64,000 bases of DNA from an uncultured Planctomycetaceae bacterium (GTDB taxonomy: Bacteria; Planctomycetota; Planctomycetia; Isosphaerales; Isosphaeraceae): positions 3,008,001-3,072,000 of the forward strand of contig CAWIAD010000001.1 in assembly GCA_963833985.1 (NCBI GenBank). Direction: 5' to 3'. Under the pieces are notes generated by a model. It did not search any database. It was given only the letters and a program-made list of their open reading frames with translations, and had not been told where the DNA came from. Below, in pieces: positions 33,036 to 43,969 of this stretch. The translations under genes were made by a program, and so were the position numbers. Numbering within the stretch: the first letter of the stretch is position 1; each line of letters opens with the position of its first letter.

Positions 33036-35729
33036 TCAGGCGTCGAGATCCGCGACATCGAGCCAGTTGGGACCGGCCCCGATGTCCACCTTCAAGGGCA
33101 CATCGAGATCGAGCGCCGAGTTCATCTCGAGGCGCACCAGCGCGGCTAGGTCGCCAATTTCCGCCTCGGGCGCCTCGAAGACCAGTTCGTCGTGGATCTG
33201 GAGGATCATTCGCGCCTCCAGCCCCCGTGCGCGGAGACGGGCGTCGATCCTGATCATGGCCATCTTGATGAGGTCGGCGGCGGACCCCTGGATCACGGTA
33301 TTGACGGCGGTGCGTTCCGCGAGGTTGCGGCTGCGGCCGGTGGTGTTCTTGATCCCCGAGATTGGCCGCCGCCGTCCCAGGATCGTTTCCACCTTGCCCG
33401 CGGCGAGCGCGGCCTCGAGTGTCCTGGTGATGAAACGGTCCACACCGGCATACTCGCGGAAGTAGGAGTCGATGAAGCTGGCCGCCTCGGCCTGCGAGAT
33501 GCCCAGGCGGCTGGCCAGGCCGTAGGCGCTCAGGCCGTAGATCACGCCGAAATTCACGGTCTTGGCCACGCGCCGCATCGACCCGTCGACCTGGGACTCC
33601 GGAACGCCGAAGATCCGGGCGGCAACAACGCTGTGAATGTCATGATCCAGCTCGAAGGCGCGCACCAGCGCCGGGTCGGCCGAGAAGTGGGCCAGAATGC
33701 GCAGCTCGATCTGCGAGTAGTCGGCCGTGAGCAGCTTCCACCCCGGACGGGCAATGAAGGCCTGGCGAATCTGCTTCCCCTCCTCGGTGCGCACCGGGAT
33801 GTTCTGGAGGTTCGGGTCACTCGAGCTGAGCCGCCCGGTCGCCGCCACGCTCTGGTTGAACGACGCGTGGATCCGCCCGTCTTCCGGGTGGACCAGAGCG
33901 GGCAGAGCATCGAGGTAGGTGCCCTTGAGCTTGGAGAGCTGGCGATGCCGCAACAGGAGCGCCGGCAGCGGATGCTTGAGGGCCAACTCCTCGAGGACCT
34001 CCTGCGCGGTGCTCTGCTCGCCGCCGGGAGTCTTCTGCACGGTCGGCAGCTTGAGCTTCTCGAAAAGCACCTCGCGGAGCTGAGCGCTGGAGTTGATGTT
34101 GAACGGCCCGCCGGCCTGCTGGTACACCTCGTCCTCCAGGGTCGCGAGCTGCACCGCGAATTCACGCGCGAGCACGCCCAGCCGGTCGCAGTCCACCTTG
34201 ACCCCGACCTGCTCCATCCCCGCCAGGATGGAGATGAGCGGCCGCTCCACGTCCGTGTACAGCTTCCAGAGCCCCTGCGCCTGGACCTGTGGGACGAGAA
34301 TCTCGGCGATCCTCCAGGTGGCGTCGGCGTCCTCGCCGGCATATTCGGCCACGCGGGCCACGTCCACCTGATCCATGCGCAACTGCTTCTTTCCCTTGCC
34401 GATCAGGTCGGTGATGGGAATCATCGCGTGGCCCAGCAGGCGGCTGGAAAGCTGGTCGAGGTTGTGGTTCCGCTCGCCGCTCTCCAGCAGATAGCTCAGC
34501 ACCATCGTGTCCGTGATCGGTCCCGCGATGGACACTCCCGCACGCCCCAGGGCGAGCATGTCGTACTTGATGTTCTGGCCAATTTTTTCCACGGCCGGAT
34601 CCGCCAGGATCGGGCCCAGGGCCTGGAGGACCCGCTCTGGATCGAGCAGCCGGCAATCGATCGGTCCGCGCACGGGGAGATAGTAGGCCTCCCCGCTGTT
34701 CCAGCTGGCGGAGATGCCGACGAGCGATGCGCGCAACGGATCGACATCGGTGGTCTCGGTGTCGATGCAGAAGCGCGGCTGCCGTTTCAGCTCCGCCAGG
34801 AACTGCTCGAGGCGCTCGGGGGTATCCACCACCTGGTAAATGGATTCCCAGGCGGCCGTCTGGTCCGGCTCCTGGGCTTTCAGCTCGTCGATGAAGCGAT
34901 GGAACCCACATTCCATGCAGAGGGATTTGAGAGCCGATGAGTCTGCCGGGTTGACCTTGAGCGTGTCCCAGTCCAGCGGGAGCGCCAGGTCGTCCCTCAG
35001 GGAAACCAGCCGCCGGGCCCGGCGGGCGGTCTCGGCATGCTCGCGCAGGCTTTGCTGCTTCTTGGGCCCCTTCACCTTGTGGACGCTCGCCAGCAGGGTC
35101 TCGAGAGTGTCGAACTCCCTGAGGAAGGCCGCGGCGTACCCGCCGCCGATACCTGGAACGCCTGGCACGTTGTCCACCGAGTCGCCAGTGAGCGCCAGGT
35201 AGTCCACCACCTGGTCGGGGCGGATGCCCCACTCCTTCTGGAGCACCTCCGCGTCGATGAAGGAGTTCTTGCGCAGATTGAGGATCCGCACGTGGTCGGA
35301 GATCAACTGCCGCGCGTCCTTGTCGGCCGTGCAAATCACCACGTCCAGCCCCCGCTCCTCGCCGCGCCGCGCCAGGGTGGCAATGATGTCGTCAGCCTCC
35401 ATCCCCGGCTCGATGAGCACGGGAACGCGGAACCCCTCGAAGACCCGGCGGATCAGCGGGATCTGGGGAACCAGGTCCGGCGGCATCTCCGAGCGGTTGG
35501 CCTTGTATTCGGCATAGATCTCCGACCGGAAGACCGGCCCCGCGCCGTCGAAGGCCGCGGCCAGATAGTCGGGCTTGCGGTCGCGGAGCAGGTTGAGCAT
35601 GTCGCGGAAGATGCCGAAGACCGCCTGGGTGGGCTGGCCGGCCGGCCCGGTCATCTCGGGAATCGCGTGGAAAACCTGGAAGATGAGCGAGAAGGCATCC
35701 AGGATGTAGAACGTGGGTCGCTGCGCCAT
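33036..35729 (-). CDS. polA: DNA polymerase I
   Basis: 5'-3' exonuclease (EADD, GDSVDNVPG), DTET, TGRLSSSDPNLQNIP, ADYSQIELR, KTVNFGVIYG, QIHDEL. Confidence 0.98.
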   Translation of the reverse strand: MAQRPTFYILDAFSLIFQVFHAIPEMTGPAGQPTQAVFGIFRDMLNLLRDRKPDYLAAAFDGAGPVFRSEIYAEYKANRSEMPPDLVPQIPLIRRVFEGFRVPVLIEPGMEADDIIATLARRGEERGLDVVICTADKDARQLISDHVRILNLRKNSFIDAEVLQKEWGIRPDQVVDYLALTGDSVDNVPGVPGIGGGYAAAFLREFDTLETLLASVHKVKGPKKQQSLREHAETARRARRLVSLRDDLALPLDWDTLKVNPADSSALKSLCMECGFHRFIDELKAQEPDQTAAWESIYQVVDTPERLEQFLAELKRQPRFCIDTETTDVDPLRASLVGISASWNSGEAYYLPVRGPIDCRLLDPERVLQALGPILADPAVEKIGQNIKYDMLALGRAGVSIAGPITDTMVLSYLLESGERNHNLDQLSSRLLGHAMIPITDLIGKGKKQLRMDQVDVARVAEYAGEDADATWRIAEILVPQVQAQGLWKLYTDVERPLISILAGMEQVGVKVDCDRLGVLAREFAVQLATLEDEVYQQAGGPFNINSSAQLREVLFEKLKLPTVQKTPGGEQSTAQEVLEELALKHPLPALLLRHRQLSKLKGTYLDALPALVHPEDGRIHASFNQSVAATGRLSSSDPNLQNIPVRTEEGKQIRQAFIARPGWKLLTADYSQIELRILAHFSADPALVRAFELDHDIHSVVAARIFGVPESQVDGSMRRVAKTVNFGVIYGLSAYGLASRLGISQAEAASFIDSYFREYAGVDRFITRTLEAALAAGKVETILGRRRPISGIKNTTGRSRNLAERTAVNTVIQGSAADLIKMAMIRIDARLRARGLEARMILQIHDELVFEAPEAEIGDLAALVRLEMNSALDLDVPLKVDIGAGPNWLDVADLDA

Positions 35730-35986
35730 GATTCTTCGGGCCAGGCGGCTGGTTCAGTGAGTACCTCATGCCGGACACGAATCTTAACACCCGCCAGCCG
35801 GCCCGGCCATGAGCGCGCGTCGGCAGCGGGCTTGCATCATCCCTCCACCTGTCTTTTCACTGAGGAATTCCGGGAACCGCCGGTCACCGAAATACGTCAA
35901 AGAATCGGCAAGCCTGTCGCGGCCGGGCCATTCATGCTCGCGCCCTGCCTGTCCACGGGCCCGTCGAACGCTCGCGTCGAATCGAT

Positions 35987-36015
35987 TTGATTCCCGGCAT
36001 GGCGGCTTTTACAAT
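35987..36015 (+). promoter_or_regulatory. Putative sigma70 promoter for the gene at 36181
   Basis: TTGATT-17 nt-TACAAT in the divergent intergenic region. Confidence 0.5.
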
Positions 36016-36180
36016 CAAATCAACCGTGCCGTATCTATCGAAGAAACGAGCCGGGCGCCACGGCCCAATTGCTTTTTTCCAGGCCCGTTTCCTCGCGACC
36101 TCTCTCATGTGACATATTTCTACAACCGGCGGACCGCAACAGCAGGTCGCTACCGCTCTGCCCGGAGGGAGTCATGACCC

Positions 36181-37815
36181 ATGGCCGCAGCTAATGATTC
36201 GCAAGGGCTGAAGATTGCCGTCGCCGCGTTCGTGGTTCTCACGGTGGCCCTGGCAGTCACGTCGTATTTCCTGTACTCGTCGTATTCACGCAGCGAGGCG
36301 CAACTCGAGGCCGAGCGAGACAAATCAAGCAAGGCGCAACGGGCGGCCAGCGACGCGGTGAACCAGTACGATGAGTTCCGCAAGCTTGCTGGCGCGCACG
36401 CCGAGGAGTTTGACCCGGCAAAGGCCGAGGTGGCGACCTTCTTCAAGAAGAACAGCGACCGGATCACCAACCTGGCCAGCGCCGTGAATGCGGCGATCCA
36501 GAAGGCTCAGCAGGCCGGCGCCGATGCCAAGGAGCTGGAAGACGCCCGGGCACGCGTGCAGACGATCATCAACTCCTACCAGAGCGAACCCAACAAGAAC
36601 TTCCTGTCCACCATCGACCGGCTCACCGAGCTACTCGAAAACGTGAGCTTGCTGAGCACCGAGATGAGCGTCAATTACCTGGGCCTGCGGAAGAGCCTGG
36701 AATCGACCACCACCGTGGCCAAGCAGGCCAACGACGTCGAGGCCAAGGCCGCCGCCGACAGCAAGGCCGAGCTCGAGGCCGAACACACCAAGCACGAGCA
36801 GGCACGGCAAGAATTGCTCACCAAGGTGGACCAGCTCCAGACCGACAACGACAAGAAGGCCACCCAGATCGCCAACCTCGAGAGTGATAACCGGAAGCTG
36901 CGGGAAGATTACGATCGCAAGCTCGAGCTAGCCAATTCCATCATCCGCGAGAAACAGGACATTCTCGACAAGAGCGAGAACGTGCTGGACCGGCCCGACG
37001 GCTACGTCACCTTCGTGGATGAAACACGCAATGAGGTTCAGGTGAACCTGAACCGCCGCCAGGGTGCCCGCCCGCAGATGAAATTCACCATCTTCAGCGC
37101 CAACTCTCCCGGGATTCCGACCGAGAAGCCCAAGGGGAACATCCAGCTCATCCAGGTCGGCGAGCAGTACAGCGTGGGTCACATCGACAAGGTGATCAGC
37201 GACATCGACCCCATCCGCGTGGGCGACATCGTCTACTCACCGGCGTGGTCTCCCGAGGAGCCCATGCGGTTCGCACTCATCGGCAAGATTGACGTGAACC
37301 GCGACGGCAAGGACGATCGCGAGGAGCTCAAGCGGATGATCCAGGAGGGTGGCGGCGTGATCGACTACGACCTCCCCCCGCCCAACTCGGGCAAGGAGTC
37401 CGGCAAGCTCACCGCCCGTATCGCCTGGTACGTGACCGACGAGCGGATGCCTCTCCGCGCGGTCTTCGACACCCGCAGCGACGCGGGCATCGCCGCCCAG
37501 AGCCTGTTCGATAAGAAACGCGGACAGGCCATCAAGGAGGCACGCGCGGAGGGCATTCGACCCATGCCGATCGGCCGCCTGCTGGCTTACCTGGGCTACG
37601 ACCTGGGCACGCCCGTGATCGGCCGCACCGAGGCGGTCAATACCGACGCACTGCGGCGCCTGCTGCTGCCGCGCAAGAGGTTCGAGGCCACCAAGCCCGA
37701 GACCGATGCCACCAAGGCCGGCACTCCTGCTGATGCCGCCAAGCCCGAGGCCGACGCCGACGCCGCCAAGCCCGAGGCCGATGCGGCCAAGCCCGATGAG
37801 GACCCGAAATCCTGA
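36181..37815 (+). CDS. Membrane-anchored coiled-coil hypothetical protein with AAKPE-type C-terminal repeats
   Basis: N-terminal TM, long heptad-rich region, globular C-terminus, D-A-A/T-K-P-E repeats near 37680-37800; strong codon bias. Confidence 0.8.
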   Translation: MAAANDSQGLKIAVAAFVVLTVALAVTSYFLYSSYSRSEAQLEAERDKSSKAQRAASDAVNQYDEFRKLAGAHAEEFDPAKAEVATFFKKNSDRITNLASAVNAAIQKAQQAGADAKELEDARARVQTIINSYQSEPNKNFLSTIDRLTELLENVSLLSTEMSVNYLGLRKSLESTTTVAKQANDVEAKAAADSKAELEAEHTKHEQARQELLTKVDQLQTDNDKKATQIANLESDNRKLREDYDRKLELANSIIREKQDILDKSENVLDRPDGYVTFVDETRNEVQVNLNRRQGARPQMKFTIFSANSPGIPTEKPKGNIQLIQVGEQYSVGHIDKVISDIDPIRVGDIVYSPAWSPEEPMRFALIGKIDVNRDGKDDREELKRMIQEGGGVIDYDLPPPNSGKESGKLTARIAWYVTDERMPLRAVFDTRSDAGIAAQSLFDKKRGQAIKEARAEGIRPMPIGRLLAYLGYDLGTPVIGRTEAVNTDALRRLLLPRKRFEATKPETDATKAGTPADAAKPEADADAAKPEADAAKPDEDPKS

Positions 37816-37950
37816 CGCGCGCCGGGGCTGGGGCGAACAGACGCCCCAGCCCGCAACGCAGCGCCGCCTGGCCGAACCCCGCAGCCTGTTTCCCCGCCCG
37901 ACCGCGCGCGGCCTTGCCACGGTGGTGTTGTCTCGGTTCCGGAGGGGCTT

Positions 37951-39096
37951 TTACCGCTCCGGATCACGGCTTGCTCGACGTGTCGGGCCAATGTAACGGC
38001 CGCGAGGACGCATCAGCCGGTTATGGTCGATTTGCTCGATGCAGTGGGCCGACCAGCCGACGACCCGCGCCATCGCAAAGATCGGCGTGTACAGCCGCAC
38101 CGGCAGGCCGATGTAGTGATACAGCCGGGCGCTCGGCCAGTCCACGTTCGGCGGCAAGGTCCTGCGCTCCCGAACGGCCCCCTCGATCGTCGCCGCGATC
38201 TCCTCCCAGCGCTCCTGGTGCAGCTCGGCAGCGAGTCTGCGGCAAAACATCTTGAGGATCGCAGCGCGGGGATCAGATCGCTTGTACACGCGATGGCCAA
38301 AACCCATGATCCGCTGGTGCTGATCGAGTGCGCGGTGGACCCAGCGGTCGGCATTCTCCGGGGTTCCCACACTCTCCATCACACCCCAGGCTTCCTCGTT
38401 CGCGCCGCCGTGCAGGGATCCCTTGAGCGCTCCGATCGCCGCCACGACGCCCGATGCCAGGTCCGACATCGTGGATACCGTCACCCGGGCTGCGAACGTC
38501 GAGGCGTTGAATTCGTGTTCGGCGTAGAGCACCAGTGAGCCGTCGAAGGCCTGGTGCACAAGCGCGGTCGGGACCTTACCCGTGGCCATGAACAGGAAGT
38601 TTGCCGCGTGATCGAGCTCCGGATCCGGGGCGAGCGCAGGAAGCCCCGCGGCGATTCGCTCACGCGCGGCAACCGCCGTGGCCATCCGGGCGATCAGCCG
38701 CTCTGCCTTGCGGACGTTCGCCGCATGGTCCGCGGGGTCGGAGCCGGCTTCGGGATCGAAATGCGAGAGCACGCTCACGGACGTCCGCAGTACATCCATG
38801 GGGCGGACGTGCGGTGGAATCATCCGCATCAGCTCGAGCAATGGCTCCGGAAGCTCTCTCCAGCCTCGAAGGCGGGCATCGAACGCAGCAAGCTGCCGTT
38901 CATCGGGCAGATCGCCGTGCAAGAGCAGGAAAGCGGCTTGCTCGAAGCTCACCTGGCCGGCAAGGTCCTCAATGCGGTAGCCACGGTACTCGAGAATCCC
39001 GGTGCCCTCGCGCTCCTCGATGTTGGAGATCGCCGTGTCGGCGGCGATCACGCCTTCCAGCCCCGGGTAATATCGATCGATCACGGGCTCGGGCAT
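37951..39096 (-). CDS. Citrate synthase / 2-methylcitrate synthase family
   Basis: PGLEGV, YRGY, AEHEFNAST, LHGGANE, MGFGHRVY, DPRA, PNVD, RPR; GGAGG RBS. Confidence 0.93.
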   Translation of the reverse strand: MPEPVIDRYYPGLEGVIAADTAISNIEEREGTGILEYRGYRIEDLAGQVSFEQAAFLLLHGDLPDERQLAAFDARLRGWRELPEPLLELMRMIPPHVRPMDVLRTSVSVLSHFDPEAGSDPADHAANVRKAERLIARMATAVAARERIAAGLPALAPDPELDHAANFLFMATGKVPTALVHQAFDGSLVLYAEHEFNASTFAARVTVSTMSDLASGVVAAIGALKGSLHGGANEEAWGVMESVGTPENADRWVHRALDQHQRIMGFGHRVYKRSDPRAAILKMFCRRLAAELHQERWEEIAATIEGAVRERRTLPPNVDWPSARLYHYIGLPVRLYTPIFAMARVVGWSAHCIEQIDHNRLMRPRGRYIGPTRRASRDPER

Positions 39097-39244
39097 TCCA
39101 GACCTCCAGCCAGAACGACGGCGTTGGCAATCTGAAGCGGCCGCGAGTTGCTCCAGCGGCACGCGCACTCCTGCGTCCCGGCGCAGCCGCCGGTGGGCCG
39201 TACGTCTCGGCCTTCTCGTCTCCAAGCCTACACCATTCCCCACC

Positions 39245-39504
39245 CATCAAGGATGAGGAAGTCCTTGCAAGGAAGGCAAGGCGCAAGCGGGCGTGCTCAG
39301 AAAGTACAGCCCGGAGGAAACCGGCAGGAAATGTGGAATGTGCTCGGGAATCCCATCGAAACACAACCGGCGGGGACAGGGCTACACCTTGCGGTGAGCC
39401 CAGCCCCGGCCGGGCACGCCCTGAACAGGCCTCGCCACCGAGGCGAGTGTCCACGCCTTCCGCCCAAAGGTGCGCAGACAGCCTGCCCAGTCGTCTCCTT
39501 GATG
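39245..39504. ncRNA. Candidate structured non-coding RNA (unidentified; strand uncertain)
   Basis: Three nested long-range stems (39245-53/39496-504; 39271-77/39455-61; 39289-98/39412-21) plus internal hairpins in an intergenic region. Confidence 0.4.
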
Positions 39505-39577
39505 TCCTCGCGGAGCCGGATCCCTGGCCTGACGACCTTGTTTTAGTCTCTGGAAGTGCATCGAAAAGGGGGGGTGA

Positions 39578-40171
39578 TCAGGTTTGATCGCGAAGAGCTT
39601 CGCCGTCAGCCCGATCCGGTGCGTCGCCTTGCAACAATGCACCCAGGTCAGCCATCTCGCGCGGGTCCAGGGCGAGCAGGCGGATGGCCACCGAGTCAAT
39701 CAGTGCGAAGAACTGGCGCAGGGACTCGACGCGGGACTTGAGATCGCGCAGGGCAGGGTCGGTCTCCGCCAGCCGGCTGATATGATCCAGGACTCCCAGC
39801 GTAGGATCCAGTTCACGTCGCTTGCGTTCCTTCAAGATGCGCCGGAACAGCGTCCAGACATCGGCTTCGGCGCGGTAGAGCTCGCGGCGTTCACCCGGGC
39901 GGTGGAGCTTGCGGACCACGCCCCAGGCCAGGAGCTCGCGGAGGTTCATGCTCACGTTCCCGCGCGAAACTCGTAGCCAGGCCCGCAGTTCCTCGGCCGT
40001 CCAGTCGGTGCCCGTGATATAGAGGAGCGCGAAGATCTCTCCCATGGTGGGGTTGATGCCCCAGGTGCGGGCCATCATTCCCCAGTGTTCCACGAACTGC
40101 CGCACCAGGGGCTGGGGCGAGCTCCCATCGGCCGGGCCATCCGGAAGGGGATCCACGCGCGGGTCATCCAT
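39578..40171 (-). CDS. GbsR/MarR family transcriptional regulator
   Basis: FVEHWGMMARTWGINPTMGEIFALL, SRGNVSMNLRELLAWGVV, ERKRRELDP. Confidence 0.9.
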   Translation of the reverse strand: MDDPRVDPLPDGPADGSSPQPLVRQFVEHWGMMARTWGINPTMGEIFALLYITGTDWTAEELRAWLRVSRGNVSMNLRELLAWGVVRKLHRPGERRELYRAEADVWTLFRRILKERKRRELDPTLGVLDHISRLAETDPALRDLKSRVESLRQFFALIDSVAIRLLALDPREMADLGALLQGDAPDRADGEALRDQT

Positions 40172-40652
40172 AATTCAATGCCTGCCTCGTCATCATGACG
40201 GATTTCGCCGGAAAAAAGCATGCCGCGGCACCAACCGCGATCACATCGCCAGGCAGGGGCCGCGAAGGTCCCGCGCCACGCCGCGAATTCAGGCTGGACA
40301 CAACTTGTGGTGTTTATTCAGGCAACCGTGCCGGAATCCAATCATCAATCCGAGGGTCCTTGGTTCGATTGCTCCACAGCATCGCGTGCTGGCGGGCCCA
40401 CCGGCAGTCCAGCCGACAAAACGATGTCGCACCGCACACTCACTGCTTGCAAGTTGGATTTGAGTGCACACAATGGGGTGCCAGTCAGACGGTATCATTT
40501 CATCGGGAATAATGAAAGTTCTCGCACGGTTTCGGGTAAGATGGTAGGTATGTCTTGCTTGCCGAGAACTGATCAGGACTTGAGGCTTTGGTATTCGACG
40601 TGCTGATCAGGTCTGGCGGTTTGTCTTTTCACGCTGTTGAGGAGCCAGTTCC

Positions 40653-40814
40653 ATGCCTGAGACAGTCGTCCACTTCCAGATTCGCATGCCACCCGTGTTG
40701 CACGAGCAACTCGCGAGCTGGGCGAAAGAGGATAAAGCATCTCTCAACGCCTTGATCGTGGGAATTCTCGAAAAGGCGATCGAGCAGCACGAGAAAGCTG
40801 TCCGCACGGCCTGA
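40653..40814 (+). CDS. Small Arc/ribbon-helix-helix DNA-binding protein (53 aa; absent from ORF track)
   Basis: GAGGAG RBS; MPETVVHFQIRMPPVLHEQLASWAKEDKASLNALIVGILEKAIEQHEKAVRTA fits the Arc/HicB-type RHH pattern. Confidence 0.8.
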   Translation: MPETVVHFQIRMPPVLHEQLASWAKEDKASLNALIVGILEKAIEQHEKAVRTA

Positions 40815-40984
40815 GACCAGGCGGGTTCTGACGGCTGCCTTGAGATATGCGATACGACACTGCGGCAGGTCCGTGGCGGATTGATCCCAGGGACACCGGG
40901 GCGTTCCGGGTTCTCTCCACGGCTTTCCTTGCCTTTGTTTGCCCTTGAGGACGGCATCGCCCGGCGGTACGATGGGGCGTCGAT

Positions 40985-41057
40985 TCCCCGATAGCTCAAT
41001 CGGTAGAGCGAGCGGCTGTTAACCGCTAGGTTCAAGGTTCGAGTCCTTGTCGGGGAG
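40985..41057 (+). tRNA. tRNA-Asn (GTT), CCA not encoded
   Basis: Acceptor TCCCCGA/TCGGGGA, D-arm AGCTCAATCGGTAGAGC, anticodon arm AGCGG-CTGTTAA-CCGCT, T-loop GGTTCGAGTCC. Confidence 0.97.
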
Positions 41058-41342
41058 CTTCCGACCCTTCCCGCATCGCCGGGCTGTGCCCCACGGGCTC
41101 CTGATCATCGCGGCGACAAGACCAAACCCGGCGCAGGGAGCCTCGCGGGGTTTCCTGGCCTGTCGCGGGTCATCACCAGACACGTCATACTGCCGCTCGG
41201 GGTGCGTGAGTGCTCACAATGGAGCAAATGCCTGCGCATCTGTGCCGCCGAGCGACATCCAGTTCATAGGCTCGCGCTCTCAGACAACATCCGCGGGTGA
41301 TTGCCCAGTTCTTTGCAAGCTGGCAGTTTTCTCCTTCCCACC

Positions 41343-43466
41343 TCATTTTTTTGAGCCGACGGGTTTGCCGCGCTCCGTGACCAGGATGATCATGGAGTGG
41401 TCCTGTACCCGGTACGAATGAAGGACAGGGATCGGTGCGTCCTGGGGTTTCTCCAGAAAATCTTCGGGCGTGGGCAGGGCCGTGTCGACGACCCTGTACC
41501 AGGGCCGGCCCGTGGGTGAGGCGGGGATTTGAAAATCGAGAGGGCGTGAGCCGCTATTCATGGCAACATAGAGGTCGGAGTCGATCCCGCCGTCACGTTC
41601 CGCGGCCCGCCCATCGAGAGCGAATGCCAGGGCGACGCTGGACGAGGAAAAATCGGGTTCCGCGGCTTTCACTCCGTGCCAGAGTATCTCCGGCAGCGCG
41701 TCGCCTGACTGGAAAAACGAGCGCCGGCGTAGCACGGGGTGCTCCTTGCGCAAGGCGATCATGTTTCGCACGAAGCGCAGGAAGCCCAGATTGCGCTCCT
41801 GGAGCGCCCAGTCTATCCAGCTCGTCTTGTTGTCCTGGCACCATGCGTTGTTGTTGCCGTTCTGGGTGCGGAGGAACTCGTCGCCGCCCAGGATCATGGG
41901 TACGCCCTGTGAGATCAACAGCGTGGCCATCAGGTTCCGCACCTGCCGGGCGCGGAGGCGGTTCACGGTCCGATCCTGGGTCGGCCCCTCGGCCCCACAG
42001 TTCCAGCTAAAATTCGCGCTATTCCCGTCCCGGTTTCCTTCGCCGTTGGCCTCGTTGTGCTTGTGGTGATAGGAAACCAGGTCGTTGAGCGTGAACCCAT
42101 CGTGGCAGCAAATGAAGTTGATCGAATGCAATGGCCCCCGACCGGCATAAAGATCGTCGCTGCCGCAGATTCGCGTGGCCAGGGCGGAGGTCATCCCCGG
42201 CTCGCCGCTCCAGAACCGGCGGACATCGTCGCGGTAGCGGCCATTCCAGTCGGACCAGCGAGCACCACCGGGAAACGTGCCGACCTGGTATAGCCCGGCC
42301 GCATCCCAGGGTTCGGCGATGAGCTTGCTGCCGTACAGCAGCGAGTCCTCGGAGATCCGGATCACGGCCGGGGGATTGACAACCACGTTGCCGCGGCGGT
42401 CGCGTCCGAACACGGAGGCGAGATCGAACCGGAACCCATCAACCCCGGCCGCGGCGACCCAGTTTCTCAGGCAGGCGATCAGGTAGTTACGGACGACGGG
42501 GTGATCGCTGTTGAAGGTGTTGCCGCAGCCCGAATAATTGAGATAGCGGCCCTCGTCGTCCAGCATGTAATAGAGCGAGTTGTCCAGGCCGCGGAAACTG
42601 TAGGTCGGCCCGCTTTCACTCCCTTCGGCCGTGTGGTTGAAGACGATGTCGAGAATCACCTCGAGGCCGCGCCGATGGCACGATGCAACCAGTTCGCAGA
42701 ATTCATGCCAGGGCTCTGACCGCTCCGGGTACTGAGCATATGCCGATTTCGGCGTGCCGAACGACATCGGGTTGTAGCCCCAGTAATTCTTGAGCTGCTC
42801 CCCTGTGAACGGGTTGACGAACGGGCAACCATTCTCGTCGAACTCGTCCACCGGCAGCAACTCGACCGCCGTGATTCCCAGCCACTTCAGATAGTCGATC
42901 TTCTCCGCGAGCCCTGCATAGGTTCCAGGATGCCGCACCTGGGAAGAGGGGTCGATGGTGTAGCCCCGGACATGAAGCTCGTAGATGATCGTATCTTCGA
43001 GCGGGATCCGGGGATTGAGGATCCCCTCGCGTTCGGCCATCGATTCGTTCATCAGGCTGCGCCGCGGGGGGTCTCCCGGAGCGCCCCAGGGCCGGCCGCA
43101 GGAAAGCGCCCGGGAATAGGGATCGAGCAGGATATTCCGCGGATCGAAGCGATGCCCGCGATCCCGGGGCCCCTCCACGCGGTATCCGTAGCAGAACTCC
43201 TCGGGGAGGCCGTCCACGCGGATGTGCCAGTGATCTCCGGTCCGGTTGTAGAGATCGTCGAGTGGGATCTCGGTGAGGATCTTGCTGTCACACGGCTCCG
43301 AGAGCACCAGCCAGACCGCCGTGCCGTGCCGGCAGATCAGCGAGAAATTCACCCCGCCGGGCATCGGGTTGGCACCCATGGGCAGCGGGCTGCCTCGACC
43401 CACGATGAGGATCCGGTCGCGATAGGTGTATTCCGTTTTGAAGGGCTGCCGCGTTGCAGTCTGCAT
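41343..43466 (-). CDS. glgX: Glycogen debranching enzyme (GH13 isoamylase type)
   Basis: [57 protein letters not shown]. Confidence 0.96.
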   Translation of the reverse strand: MQTATRQPFKTEYTYRDRILIVGRGSPLPMGANPMPGGVNFSLICRHGTAVWLVLSEPCDSKILTEIPLDDLYNRTGDHWHIRVDGLPEEFCYGYRVEGPRDRGHRFDPRNILLDPYSRALSCGRPWGAPGDPPRRSLMNESMAEREGILNPRIPLEDTIIYELHVRGYTIDPSSQVRHPGTYAGLAEKIDYLKWLGITAVELLPVDEFDENGCPFVNPFTGEQLKNYWGYNPMSFGTPKSAYAQYPERSEPWHEFCELVASCHRRGLEVILDIVFNHTAEGSESGPTYSFRGLDNSLYYMLDDEGRYLNYSGCGNTFNSDHPVVRNYLIACLRNWVAAAGVDGFRFDLASVFGRDRRGNVVVNPPAVIRISEDSLLYGSKLIAEPWDAAGLYQVGTFPGGARWSDWNGRYRDDVRRFWSGEPGMTSALATRICGSDDLYAGRGPLHSINFICCHDGFTLNDLVSYHHKHNEANGEGNRDGNSANFSWNCGAEGPTQDRTVNRLRARQVRNLMATLLISQGVPMILGGDEFLRTQNGNNNAWCQDNKTSWIDWALQERNLGFLRFVRNMIALRKEHPVLRRRSFFQSGDALPEILWHGVKAAEPDFSSSSVALAFALDGRAAERDGGIDSDLYVAMNSGSRPLDFQIPASPTGRPWYRVVDTALPTPEDFLEKPQDAPIPVLHSYRVQDHSMIILVTERGKPVGSKK

Positions 43467-43969
43467 GATCATCCGACCGTTCGCTGTGCCCGACCCACAC
43501 TGGGAAAGACGCCGGCATCGTGTCAACCCGCTGACGGCGTTCCATCTGCTGCCGAAGCCGTCTGGCTCGTCTGCGATGCCGTCCACCGGCTACCGACGCG
43601 GAGCAGGCCTGGCGCCGAGACGCGGTTCGATTCCTGGATTTTAACGTCCCCCGAACCGGTTCTCGACTGGTGCAACGCTTCTGCCATGGTTTTTGGTGAG
43701 AAACTTCGACTCAAGACGGGCCGAGTGCAACGCCTGCTGCGGCGCGGGACCTCCGGGACTCTCCATCGCGACGCCCTCCACCCGGAGGGGACCGGCGCTG
43801 CCCGCTCGCACTGGGACCCCGGACAGCCGTCCTCTCCTGGTTCCCTCCCGCGATCGGAAACTCTGCTCCAGGGTGCCTGGCCATGCCACGCTGCGCGGTT
43901 CACCGTGCCAGCAGCGGGTTCAGAAGGCGCGTGAGCGCTGGGCTGCGCCTGCGATAGAGGCTCTGACGC

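Noticed and set aside
39255..39265. GAGGAAGTCC resembling the RNase P RNA GAGGAAAGUCC motif
   Set aside because: One A short, and the other conserved RNase P elements were not found; kept only as an unidentified structured element.
40985..41340. tRNA-Asn as an integration site
   Set aside because: No integrase nearby and no duplicated tRNA 3' end noticed; glgX follows directly.
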